From Octopus sinensis (Eukaryota), in the NCBI RefSeq assembly GCF_006345805.1, contig NC_043003.1, positions 24,366,001-24,430,000 of the forward strand: DNA of 64,000 nt, read 5' to 3'. Of this stretch, positions 53,568 to 64,000 are shown piece by piece. The position numbers and the translations under genes are program-made. The notes below the pieces were generated by a model. That model worked only from the letters and a program-made list of their open reading frames with translations. It had not been told where the DNA came from and searched no databases. Position 1 is the stretch's first letter; the number at the start of each line of letters is the position of its first letter.

Positions 53568-53730
53568 AGGCGCAGGAGTGGCTGTATGGTAAGTAGCTTG
53601 CTTACCAACCACATGGTTCCGGGTTCAGTCCCACTGCGTGGCACCTTGGGCTAGTGTCTTCTACCATAACATCGGGCCGACCAAAGCCTTGTGAGTGGAT
53701 TTGGTAGACAAAAACTGAAAGAAGCCCGTC

Positions 53731-53767
<37 letters not shown>

Positions 53768-53988
53768 GGTATGTGTGTGTATATGTTTGTGAGTCTGTGT
53801 TTGTCCCCCCAACATCGCTTGACAACCGATGCTGGTGTGTTTACGTCCCCGTCACTTAGCGGTTCGGCAAAAGAGACCGATGGAATAAGTACTTAGCTTA
53901 CAAAGAATAAGTCCTGGGGTCGATTTGCTCGACTAAAGGCGGTGCTCCAGCATGGCCGCAGTCAAATGACTGAAACAAGTAAAAGAGA
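53568..53988 (+). mobile_element. SINE family A (best-preserved copy)
   Basis: AGGCGCAGGAGTGGCTG..GGTTCCGGGTTCAGTCCC..GACTGAAACAAGTAAAAGAG. Confidence 0.9.
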
Positions 53989-54829
53989 ATACATAGACAC
54001 TGTGAATTGTAATAGCCATCGACAACTTTATTATACTTCTGAACTACGGATTATTATATTCTCACTGATGAAGATTTTGTGAATACGGTTGACACAGAAG
54101 CTCAGTTATACGTACATACATATAAAATAGATACACGCACACATGTGTGTGTTTTCTGTGTATGTCTATATATATTCATGAGCATATATACATGTGTGTG
54201 TATCTATGTATGCATGTATCTATGTATCTATGTATGTATGTATGCATGTGTATGTATATGTGTATAGACATGCACACATTGTCTCGAAGCCCAATACATA
54301 TACACATACACATACACATTGTATATCCACCACTTCAGAAATTTAAATGCAATGCTGTATTAACTGATAAGTGAACGGACTTCACATGAAAAAGCAACGA
54401 TATACCAAAGATTTAAAGAATACGAAACTTTGTTAATCAAAGTGGTTTATTTCACAAACTGATAATTCTCCTGACACAATCATGACATCGTTTCTGAACG
54501 AACGATTTCTTCGCTTTGTTGTCTACAATATTATTGTTGCATCTTCTGCGTGACCTCATAGTTATTATGATCTTGTTTAGCTACAACTCTGGCAGGATCG
54601 AACAGGTCTGTCATCGAATGCGTTTCTATCCGGCACATTCTTTGTTTTAATAAATCGCTATCTATGTTGCTTTGTATACGCGTACTTCTTCTTCTTCTTC
54701 TTCTTCTTCGTCTCCTTCTTCTTCTCCTTCTTCTTCTTCTTCTTCTTCTCCTCCTTCTTCTTCTTCCTCTTCCTTTTCCTCCTCCTCTTCTTCTTCTTCT
54801 TCGTCTTCTTCTTCTTCTGTGCTTTTGTA

Positions 54830-55048
54830 TAACCTTTTAGAGTGCAAATTACTTTGTTAAATCTAATGCTTATTCATTTACATTGTTTTAAATTAACCAT
54901 GCATTAATTCGTAGTTTCGAGATTTCGATGGCATGAACTTTTTGTACGACTTTGTAGGTATATGTGAGATGCTGGATATGGCTGGGTTAAACATAAAAGC
55001 AGTAAAATATTTAGATCAGATATGGCTGGTTTAAATGCTAAACGGTTA
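54830..55048. mobile_element. piggyBac-like MITE (~220 bp)
   Basis: TAACCTTTTAG.. / ..AATGCTAAACGGTTA, degenerate TTAA-CCCTTTAGCATT-type ends. Confidence 0.5.
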
Positions 55049-55399
55049 GGACACTATAATGTGATTAGACAAGTAGTGACCTCCAAGTTTCGTTGGCAAC
55101 GGCTCATAAGACAGTAAAAGTTCGACGTTGAAAGAAGATCGAGCTCAGAAATGTTTGTAACTATGAGTTAATGACCAAGAGGAAAGCTACCGTTGCCAGG
55201 ATGTAAAATTCCGGCATGTATAGCATTTATATTGTGTTTAATATAAGAGGGGAAGTCAAACATTATCCACACTTTCGCCATAATATTTCTTTATTACTGT
55301 CACATTGCCTTCTGTGCATGTGTGCTTATAGTTGATACTATTGTGGTCACGTGATCGTAGTTTGAGCCTGATCGCGCCATTTTTCTTACTGGTTTTACA

Positions 55400-55670
55400 A
55401 TGTAAGTATGACGGCTCTGCTAGCAATGTGCACCAAAGAAGAACAAAGAGCAGTGATCCGATTTCTCTGAACAGAAGGTGTGTCAAGTGTTGAAATTCAT
55501 CAGCTGCTTTTAACAAAATACGGGGACAGTGCACCACCGCGTAGAAGTCTGTATGAGTAGATCGAAAATTCTAAAAGTGGCCGGACAAGCGTGACACACG
55601 ACGAGGGAGTAAGATGCCCGGCAGCCTCCACCACTGACGAGAAGATTCAGCAAGATCGAGAGATTGTAAT
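55400..55670 (+). mobile_element. Mariner transposase N-terminal relic
   Basis: MCTKEEQRAVIRFL*TEGVSSVEIHQLL..YGDSA..LYE*IENSKSGRTSVTHDE. Confidence 0.75.
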
Positions 55671-56229
55671 GTTTTATAAATGGGGACAGAATGAATGCTA
55701 AAATGATACGATTAAAAAAAAAAAGAAAATAACATAATTTATAAGAAGATGGACTGTCAATGCAATAAATTTTTATTGAAATTTTTATTTAGAAACAACC
55801 ACAGAGGCATAATAATAACGCATGAAATAAATGATAGATCTCTTTATTGGCCACGCAGGGCTGAACACAGAAGGGACAAAATACAAAGCAGAGCTTTTCT
55901 TTTTGGGGAAGAAGAGAAGGGAAAAAAAGGAAAAAAGTGTCGAATTCCGGTCAAAAGGGATCGTGAAAAAAAAAGTGGTGCCGATCAATAGGGATCGTGT
56001 ATCACAGAAATGTCAATGTAAAACGGGAAAACAGATTAGGTTTGTCCGTGGATAGAAAAGCCTACGGAAAAGACCACGGGAACCTTGGGCAATAGTGTCA
56101 TGCAAAAAGAAAACACATTACAGTAAGTGGCTCTCTTTTTTGCTTTCATTCTTTTTTTTACTTTTGGTTCAACGCATGTAATAAATGATAGCAGCGCTCA
56201 TCATTGAAACAGAATCATTCTTTTCGTTC

Positions 56230-56478
56230 TTTTTATACTAAAAATCAATTGGGAGAAGTGGATTTTAACCTTTGTCTGAAGAACAGGAAATAGAGAAATT
56301 AATAATTGTAATGTGAGAGACGTATGATATAAAGGGTAAAGAACCCCCTCGGTCATGAATGACCGTGGAATTGCACCTAGAAAATTCCCCTCACAAGTCC
56401 CCGGCACAAGTCTGGACGATGTTGTTTGTGGAAGACCAACTGTGGCATATGCATATCAGCCTCCCATCTCCACGCCTT
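56230..56478 (-). mobile_element. SINE family D tail fragment
   Basis: Matches 50505-50700. Confidence 0.65.
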
Positions 56479-56487
56479 CTTCTTCTT

Positions 56488-56518
<31 letters not shown>

Positions 56519-56629
56519 GTGAATGATAAAATGATACGATTATAAAAAAAGAAAGAATAGAATTATAAAGAGATGAACAGTCAATGCAATAAATTTATAC
56601 ATATCATTGTATGAGAAAAATGAAATAAT

Positions 56630-58160
56630 AATAAATGGATGACAAAGATAATAACGGATGGCTCTATGACAAAGACGATGGTGAAATTGGAGGTCTATTG
56701 TGTACTGTGAAAGCATTCAGTGATGGCATCGGAATGGAATTTGGTCTTGAAATATGTGTCAAGGTCACTTTCCAGAAAGGGAAATTGAAGATCTCTATTC
56801 AGTGATGTTAGATGTTGATACAGTTGTAAAACAACTTGAGCAGGAACAAACTTGCAAATATATCGGAATAAATGAGGGCTCTGACTTTCAGCATGCAAGC
56901 ATGAAAGAGAAGATCGGGAAGGAATGTTACAGGCGAGTTCGAGCAGCTCTAAAATCCGAGTTAAATGCACGTAACAAGGTGTTATCCCTAAATTTCATAG
57001 CAGTTCCATTTGTTATTTACAGTTTCAATGAGTTGAACTGGAACATAAGACAAATAAGAAAGATTGACAAGAGAATCCGTAAGCTGCTTACTTACAATAA
57101 GATGCACCACCCAAAGTCAGATGCAGATTGTCTTTACCTTCCAAGAGCTGAAGGAGGTCGAGGCTTGATCCAATCTGAAATTTCTTACAAAACCACCACA
57201 ATTGGACTGGTCAAATATCTTAAAACATCTAATGACTGGATACTAAAACTCCTTAAAAACACGAGAGATGTAAGAAGCTTCATTCTATCATGAAGGAGAG
57301 CAAAAATTTACTAGTGAGTTCATGCATAATATCCAGATTGTACAGTATGATGGAAGCGTGGCAACTGTTGTAGTAAAGAAGGGGAAATCAATAACAAAGC
57401 AAAAATCGCTTGAACAATAGGCTGGTAGGTGGAACAAAACCCTCTACATGGCAAATATATGACCCGAAGCAAACAAGCTGATGTAGACCAGAAGTACACC
57501 CATCACTGGCTACAGAGCTCAACGCTAAAGGTAAAGAGTGACGGCTTTATTTCAGCTGCTCAAGATCAGAGCATATTGATCCGAACTACCAAGCCAACGT
57601 GATGATGAAATATGGAGTAGACCAAAGTACCGATACTGCAACGATGAAATTGAAACAGTGGACCACCTAATCTCTGGGTGTAAGGTTTTAGTACCAGTAG
57701 AGTATAGATCTAGACATGACAGAATTAGCCAATACTGGATAATATGTCGGCATTATAAAGCCAAAATTGCTGATAAATGGTACAAGCGCCATCCTGAGGC
57801 TGGAGACTGTAACTGAAGCAGAAAATGCAACAATTATTTGAGATTTTCCAGTATATACAGACTAGACCATCATAACTAATAAAACAGATATCGTTGGGAA
57901 AGACCAAAACAATAAAATTTGTTTATTGATTCACATGAGCATATCTTGTGATCATAATATCTCGTCAAAAGTATTTGATAAGGTCAGAAAATATAAAGAT
58001 GTGTTAATTGAAATCGAAAACATGTGGCATCTCAAAATGGTTACAACACCAGTGATTGTAGGAGCACTTGGAATGATCAAAAAGGGAACTGAGAATTATT
58101 TGAGGATGATTCCTGGCTTACCATCCATGCAGAAAGAGCAAAAAGTTGTTTTAACCGCTA
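56630..58160 (+). mobile_element. R4/Dong-type non-LTR retrotransposon relic (RT end, thumb, CCHC, RLE)
   Basis: MDD..GIGMEFGLEIC; LYLPRAEGGRGL; ETVDHLISGC; RHD; PVIVGALG; multiple stops and frameshifts. Confidence 0.85.
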
Positions 58161-58454
58161 AGCATTTTGCCCGGCGTGTTATAGGCACATGGTCTTAAGT
58201 TTTGGCGCGGGGTAGGTGGAAGTCAATTATATTTATCCCAGTGCTCAACTGGTACTTATTTTATTGACCCCGGCAGGGATGAAATAAATTCAACCTCAAC
58301 GACGCATTCCAGTGAGCTCGGACGTCAGAAGACCTGTAGAAATAGCCCGGGAGAAAATTCTCCACCAGGACATATGTTAAAATGCAAGATGGATTGTGAA
58401 TGACGTCATTGGATCGAAGGAAGCATGCGTTTCTGCATTGTTTCACTTCAGCAC

Positions 58455-58677
58455 GTACATACATACATGCATGCATGCATACATACATACATACATACAT
58501 ACATACATGCATGCATGCATACATACATACATACATACATACATACATACATACATACATACATACATACATACATACATACATACATGCATGCATGCAT
58601 ACATACATACATACATACATACATACATACATACATACATACATACATACATACATACATACATACATACATACATA
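58455..58677. repeat. (TACA)n/(TGCA) microsatellite
   Basis: Direct reading. Confidence 0.95.
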
Positions 58678-58930
58678 GGCGGATCCTCCAAATCCAATCT
58701 ATTAGCGACACAGTGAGGATTTGTAAGACATTCCAAAAATCCCGCCATATGAGTTTCTTATATGAATAGATGCACATACTTAGGGGTATGCATCGACAGT
58801 TCAACCTATACACCAACTCAACCACACATTTACAAACACCAGGACCTCTCTTAACTCAAAAGGCTTTGTTGCTTTGTAAGCAACCGGTTTTGAACTCTCT
58901 CAAGAAGAACTTAAAATAAACTGAAAAAAT
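58677..58930 (+). mobile_element. Very short 3' end of an R4/Dong-type LINE
   Basis: RRILQIQSISDTVRICKTFQK matches the 6560-6625 C-terminus RRLQIQSITGTIKIC*TFQK; followed by CATACATA. Confidence 0.7.
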
Positions 58931-59488
58931 CATACATACATACATACATAAACATACATATAAATGAGTGGTCTTTTATTAAATCATCAATGATTAAGTC
59001 ATTGCTAATCGTGTATTAAGCACCAGGTCGCCAACCGTCAAGTAAAATTATTGTAACGGCCGTTTAACAAAGTGAAAGTAGATTGCTGAATTCAAAAACC
59101 GTTCGTTTGATTGTTAGTTACTATTACCTAAATGTGACTTAATGTTGAATAATTGCTGTGAATTTCATTCACAGTGCTGCCTTCAAAAGGGAAGGTCACG
59201 GCATATAATGTGGTTCCGGATACTTCTGATAACAACTAGATCACTTATGGGCAACCTGTGTCTCGCGAGTATTTGATTGACGCGCCTCGTGAAAAATTAC
59301 CTTGAAATTTTCAGTGATTCAGCTCGCCTGATGATGAGCCATGCCTCGTTTAGCTTGCTTCTCGAAAAAGAATTTCCCTGCCAGTTCGAGATCTCATAGC
59401 AGGAACACATTTATCAGCGTTCCCCTAGTGTTAAAGGACAACGGCATAACATTCTATACAATCACCTTTCAATATTATAACACATACA

Positions 59489-60190
59489 AAGGCGGTGAAC
59501 TGGCAGAATTGTTAGCACGCTGGGCGAAATGCGTAGCCGTATTTCGTCTGCCGTTACGTTCTGAGTTCAAATTCCGCCGAGGTCGACTTAGCCTTTCATA
59601 CTTTCGGGGTCGATAAAGGAAGTACCAGTTACGCACTGGGGTCGATATAATCAACTTAATCCGTTTGTCTGTCCTTGTTTGTCCTTTCTATGTTTAGCCC
59701 CCTGTGGGTAGTAAAGAAATAAATATCATAAAACATATAAAGACGGCAAGCTGGTAGAATCGTTAGCGAAATGCTTAGCGGTATTTCGTCGGCCGTTACG
59801 TTCTGAGTTCAAATTCCACCGAGGTCGACTTTGCCTATCATCCTTCCGGAGTCGATTAAATAAGTACCAGTTACGCACTGAGGTCCATTTAATCGACTTA
59901 ATCTCTTTGTCTATCCTTGTTTGTCCCCTCTATGTTTAGTCCCACGTGGGCAATAAAGAAATGAATGCTTATAAAAGCGGCGAGCTGGCAGAACCGTTAA
60001 CATGTCGGGCAAAATGTTCAGCGGCATTTCTTCCGTCTTTACGTTCTGAGTTCGAATTTCAACGAAGTTTACTTTGCCTTTCGTCCCTTTAAGGCTCGAC
60101 AAAATAAGTGCTAGTCAAGTACTAGAGTAGATATAATCGACTTAACCCCTCCTCTGAAATTACCGGCCTTGTGCCAAAATTTGAAATCAA
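59489..60190 (+). mobile_element. Three head-to-tail SINE family B copies
   Basis: Heads at ~59489, ~59740 and ~59975. Confidence 0.85.
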
Positions 60191-60195
60191 TATTA

Positions 60196-60749
60196 TTTGG
60201 TTGTCCGGAAAGTTCGTGCCGATTTTTAAAGGAAAGATAAAGGTCAATAAATACTTGCCATTACATTTTTAATCAACCAAATATGAACCATTTTGTTGCA
60301 CAATGCATCTCCATCTTTCCTTTAACTTGAAAATACCCTCTTCCCAGAATTGAGGGGGTTTCATGGCAAACAATTCATTAAGGTATCTTTTTACGTCATC
60401 CAAGGAATTGAAATTTTTGCCATTAAGACTATTCTGCAGAGACCTGAATAAGTAGAAATCCGAAGGGGAATATGGAGGGTGGAGTAACACATCCCAGCCG
60501 AGCTGCAGCAATTTTTGTCTGGTTCCCAAAGCATCAAGTGCCGAAAATGAACTTGCTTATCTTCCATTTTAAAGGGTTACAGAATTAACACAGGATATAG
60601 GAACATAAACCTTCTTCCACGAAAAGATAGCTTAAACTGTGCTCTAAATGGAGGTGTAGTCAAATCCTATTTTATGAACTCAACCATGTTCTAAAATAAG
60701 TCGAAATTTAAGCTACTATAAATCGGCACGAACTTTCCGGAAAACCCAA
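60196..60749 (-). mobile_element. Internally deleted mariner (MITE-like) element
   Basis: TA|TTTGGTTGTCCGGAAAG..GAACTTTCCGGAAAACCCAA|TA; ORF LGWDVLLHPPYSPSDFYLF..NGSYLVD. Confidence 0.9.
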
Positions 60750-60762
60750 TATAATACATATT

Positions 60763-60960
60763 AAGGCAGTGAAGTGGCGGAATCGTTAGCATGCGGGATA
60801 AAATTTTTAGCAACATTTCGCCCATCTTCATGTTCTGAGTTCGAATTCCCCCGAAGTCGACTTTGCCTTTCGGGCTCGATAAAATAAATACCAGTCAAGC
60901 TGTGTTCGATTTGATCAACTAGCTTCCCTCCCACAAAAGTCTCAGGTCTTGTGCCACTGG
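60763..60960 (+). mobile_element. SINE family B, diverged
   Basis: GGCAGTGAAGTGGCGGAATCGTTAGCATG head. Confidence 0.7.
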
Positions 60961-61201
60961 TATAAACGAATAATATAATACATATCGCACAAGCACTATA
61001 TTCAAAACAATCTCTTCTCAATATTATAACACACCTCACATAACGTCTATATTAAATACAAACCACTTCCCAATATTATAACATATCTTATATGGTACAT
61101 ATTCTAAAATTTCACTTCTGAAATCAATAACACGTCTCACACGGCCTCTAGTCAACACATTTACCTCTCAGTACTATAATACTTTTTACACATCCAGTTT
61201 T

Positions 61202-61241
<40 letters not shown>

Positions 61242-61447
61242 TCCGAATACTGTAACATGGTATACGCAGCCTATGTTCAACGCAAACACCAGACAATATT
61301 CTACCACAATTCACATTATCTATAGTTTGAACAATCACCTTTCAATTCAATATTATGCTATATTGCTCATAACACATAATCTACGTAAGTAACTCCCAAT
61401 TCACTAACGCAGCCCTCACAGCACAGTTTCCACGCAGTCAACTAATT

Positions 61448-61448
61448 A

Positions 61449-61529
<81 letters not shown>

Positions 61530-61546
61530 AAGATAGATAGATAGAC

Positions 61547-61577
<31 letters not shown>

Positions 61578-61594
61578 AAGATAGATAGATAGAC

Positions 61595-61645
<51 letters not shown>

Positions 61646-61654
61646 CAGAAAGAC

Positions 61655-61723
<69 letters not shown>

Positions 61724-61758
61724 TAGATAGATAGATAGATATAGATAGATAGATAGAT

Positions 61759-61796
<38 letters not shown>

Positions 61797-61797
61797 C
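61448..61797. repeat. (GATA)n microsatellite, ~350 bp
   Basis: Direct reading. Confidence 0.97.
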
Positions 61798-62346
61798 AAA
61801 AAAGCATACATGCAAAGGTAGTGACATATGTGTGTGTGAGCGAGAGAGAGAGAGAGGGGGGGGGAGAGAGAGAGCATATGGAGCATATAATGCAATAGAT
61901 ATTTACAAAATTGTAAAATAAAAAATGGACAAAGTATTTGGGTAGGATGATTATTTTTGGATAATAAAAGAATGTACTGGTTGAACTCTTAGAACTAGAG
62001 TCATGTTCTAAGGGCTTTGGGGAAAAAACAAGCTGTGACAGAGTAATTTAGCATATATGGGGTGGCGGGGAATCAACCGTTAAACTTTGAATATTGGAGA
62101 AAATATGGAGAAAATGATATAAAAGAAATTGTTCTTGCGAAAGGAAAATAACAAAGGAATGTGCTGGGAAAACGGAGGCGGGGTGTATTGATTTAGGGAA
62201 TGTGTTACAAGTAAACAGATATTGAAGAGAAATTTTTCAAAAACAATCAAGTTTTGTGTTTAATAGATAAACAAGGTCTCGGTGTCTTTAGAGAAATAGA
62301 AAATGGACGAGAATATGAATAACAATAACTTACTCTGGAGTTTAAG

Positions 62347-62377
<31 letters not shown>

Positions 62378-62705
62378 ATAGTGAAATAAGGTAGGAAGAT
62401 AAATGGAAGTAAAAAGTAGATCAGGGAGAATGAAAATTTGTTAAGATATGGTAAGTTCATAAGAGATCAAGATAACTCAGTAAAAATTCGAGAGAATAGT
62501 TGGAGAGATGATATAAATTGCGTAAAGGATGGCTTTAAATGTAGGAGTAATAAATATTGAGGAATCAAAGGAAATCGCCGAAAAAAAAATGGATGAGTTA
62601 TTCGGTTAGAATTATGTATTTCAGAAAGAGGTGAGATAAAGAGAGAAATATGACTATGTATGATAGATATTTGCGAAGTACCAAAAATAACGAGAAATAA
62701 ACGTT

Positions 62706-62918
62706 GATTTCAAATTTTGGCACAAGGCCAGCAATTTCGGGGGCGGAAGTAAGTCGATTATATTGACTCCAATGATCAATTGGTACTTAATTTATTGGTT
62801 CTAAGAGTATAGAAGGCAAAGACGACCTCGACAGCATTTGAACATAGAACGTAAAGACGGGTGAAATGTCGCGAAGCATTATGTCCGGTGTACTAAAATT
62901 CTGCCTGTTCACCGCCTT
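62706..62918 (-). mobile_element. SINE family B, diverged
   Basis: TTTCAAATTTTGGCACAAGGCC..GGTACTTAATTT..GTTCACCGCCTT. Confidence 0.7.
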
Positions 62919-62920
62919 AA

Positions 62921-63359
62921 TCTCTCTATATATAAACGGCAGTTTGTCTGTCTGTGTGTCTGTGTGTCTGTCAGGTTGTACCCTCACCCTGACCACGGCT
63001 TTCAACCGATTCTGATGAAACTTGACACACACATAGCCCAATGTCATAATTAAAAACTAACGCAGTGAAAATTTTGAAAAGTTCCCCCAGTTCTGAAAAA
63101 AATCGATAAATTCGACATAGGGTCGAGAATCTAAGCTTTTTATATGCAACACATTTTCTGTCTAGGGGACACAACTCGACCTTTTTATCGCCCAAAGGGA
63201 CAGCTAGGAACATCGTAAACACAGAAGTATTCGAGTGAAGAGAAAACATTGCAACCTACACATGCGCCTTCGTTCCCTAGAGGGAAAGGACTACATTGGG
63301 ATTAGTCGTTGCCTACTAGGGGCTCTTACATACCCGGGCAACGCTGGGCTATGCTGCTA

Positions 63360-63360
<1 letters not shown>
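62921..63360 (+). mobile_element. Non-autonomous Helitron-like element (third subfamily)
   Basis: A|TCTCTCTATATATAAACGGC..CCCGGGCAACGCTGGGCTATGCTGCTAG|T. Confidence 0.75.
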
Positions 63361-63401
<41 letters not shown>

Positions 63402-63428
63402 TTAATAATAATAATAATAATAATAATA

Positions 63429-63525
<97 letters not shown>
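63361..63525. repeat. (TAA)n microsatellite
   Basis: Direct reading. Confidence 0.97.
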
Positions 63526-63527
<2 letters not shown>

Positions 63528-64000
63528 GCCCTGATGCAGTACCAGGCAGTGGTTCTCGTGGCTTCTGATCTTAATTGATTGGAAGTGTTATCATGTACAT
63601 TGTTTTGTCTTGGTATAAAAGATGGCTACAGCAAATATTCTGCTCAATACCACAGATTTGCTTGCCAGTTGTTTGACCTTAACCAGTTGAGCATGTCCCT
63701 TAGTGGCTGACGATATGTGCATCTCTGATCACGAGCAGAAGTAATGGGGGGGAGGGCATTATAGTCATGTGTTGAGAGGGATTCTTTGAGGAAACAACCC
63801 TTATTCAGGGACCTTTTGAGCGGGATGGGTTACTCGACTAGAAGAAAATTCTAGCTGGGCCCCACCTGCAAGGTCATGCGTTGTTTATCTTGATATGAGA
63901 TCACCATGTCGTGCACATATGGTTGTGACGCATGTGCCCTTATCAGACGGGTAGTCATGATGGGTATACTGGGCTTCCTGTATTTTACCCCAGTGTGACT
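63526..64000. mobile_element. Unclassified interspersed repeat abutting (TAA)n, cut by the window edge
   Basis: Abrupt switch to complex, GC-richer, ORF-less sequence at the array edge; resembles an octopus repeat as I recall it (not verifiable here). Confidence 0.35.

Noticed and set aside
55690-56600. ~85-bp diverged direct repeat (55690-55775 versus 56518-56597)
   Set aside because: AT-rich and probably part of a dispersed repeat tail; it does not define a TSD or LTR pair
59310-59385. CTGATGA..CTCGAAA hammerhead-like spacing
   Set aside because: No stem I, no valid stem III/UH geometry, and a mismatched stem II base

Overview
This is AT-rich, repeat-saturated eukaryotic non-coding DNA. 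The SINE and MITE families look like those of octopus genomes, which is my recognition and not a database result. I found no host protein-coding exon that I can identify with confidence, and most ORFs in the track are microsatellite artefacts. Contents: (1) about 30 tRNA-derived SINE copies in 4 families; (2) non-autonomous Helitron-like elements (5'-TC, 3' hairpin plus CTAG); (3) Tc1/mariner relics and MITEs; (4) a near-complete Chapaev3 (CMC superfamily) DNA transposon with CAC..GTG ends and a TTA target duplication; (5) R4/Dong-type, RTE-like and CRE-like non-LTR relics; (6) Penelope-like (PLE) GIY-YIG relics; (7) a series of hammerhead ribozyme (HHR) motifs. The standout is a young, ORF-less 583-bp unit at 41.56-42.79 kb. 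It is arranged as a partial tandem plus an inverted copy inside a (TA)n tract, and each arm carries a canonical minimal type-I hammerhead with a palindromic stem-III loop. Other highlights are R4/Dong-type 3' ends tied to (TACA)n arrays and several fold-back structures.
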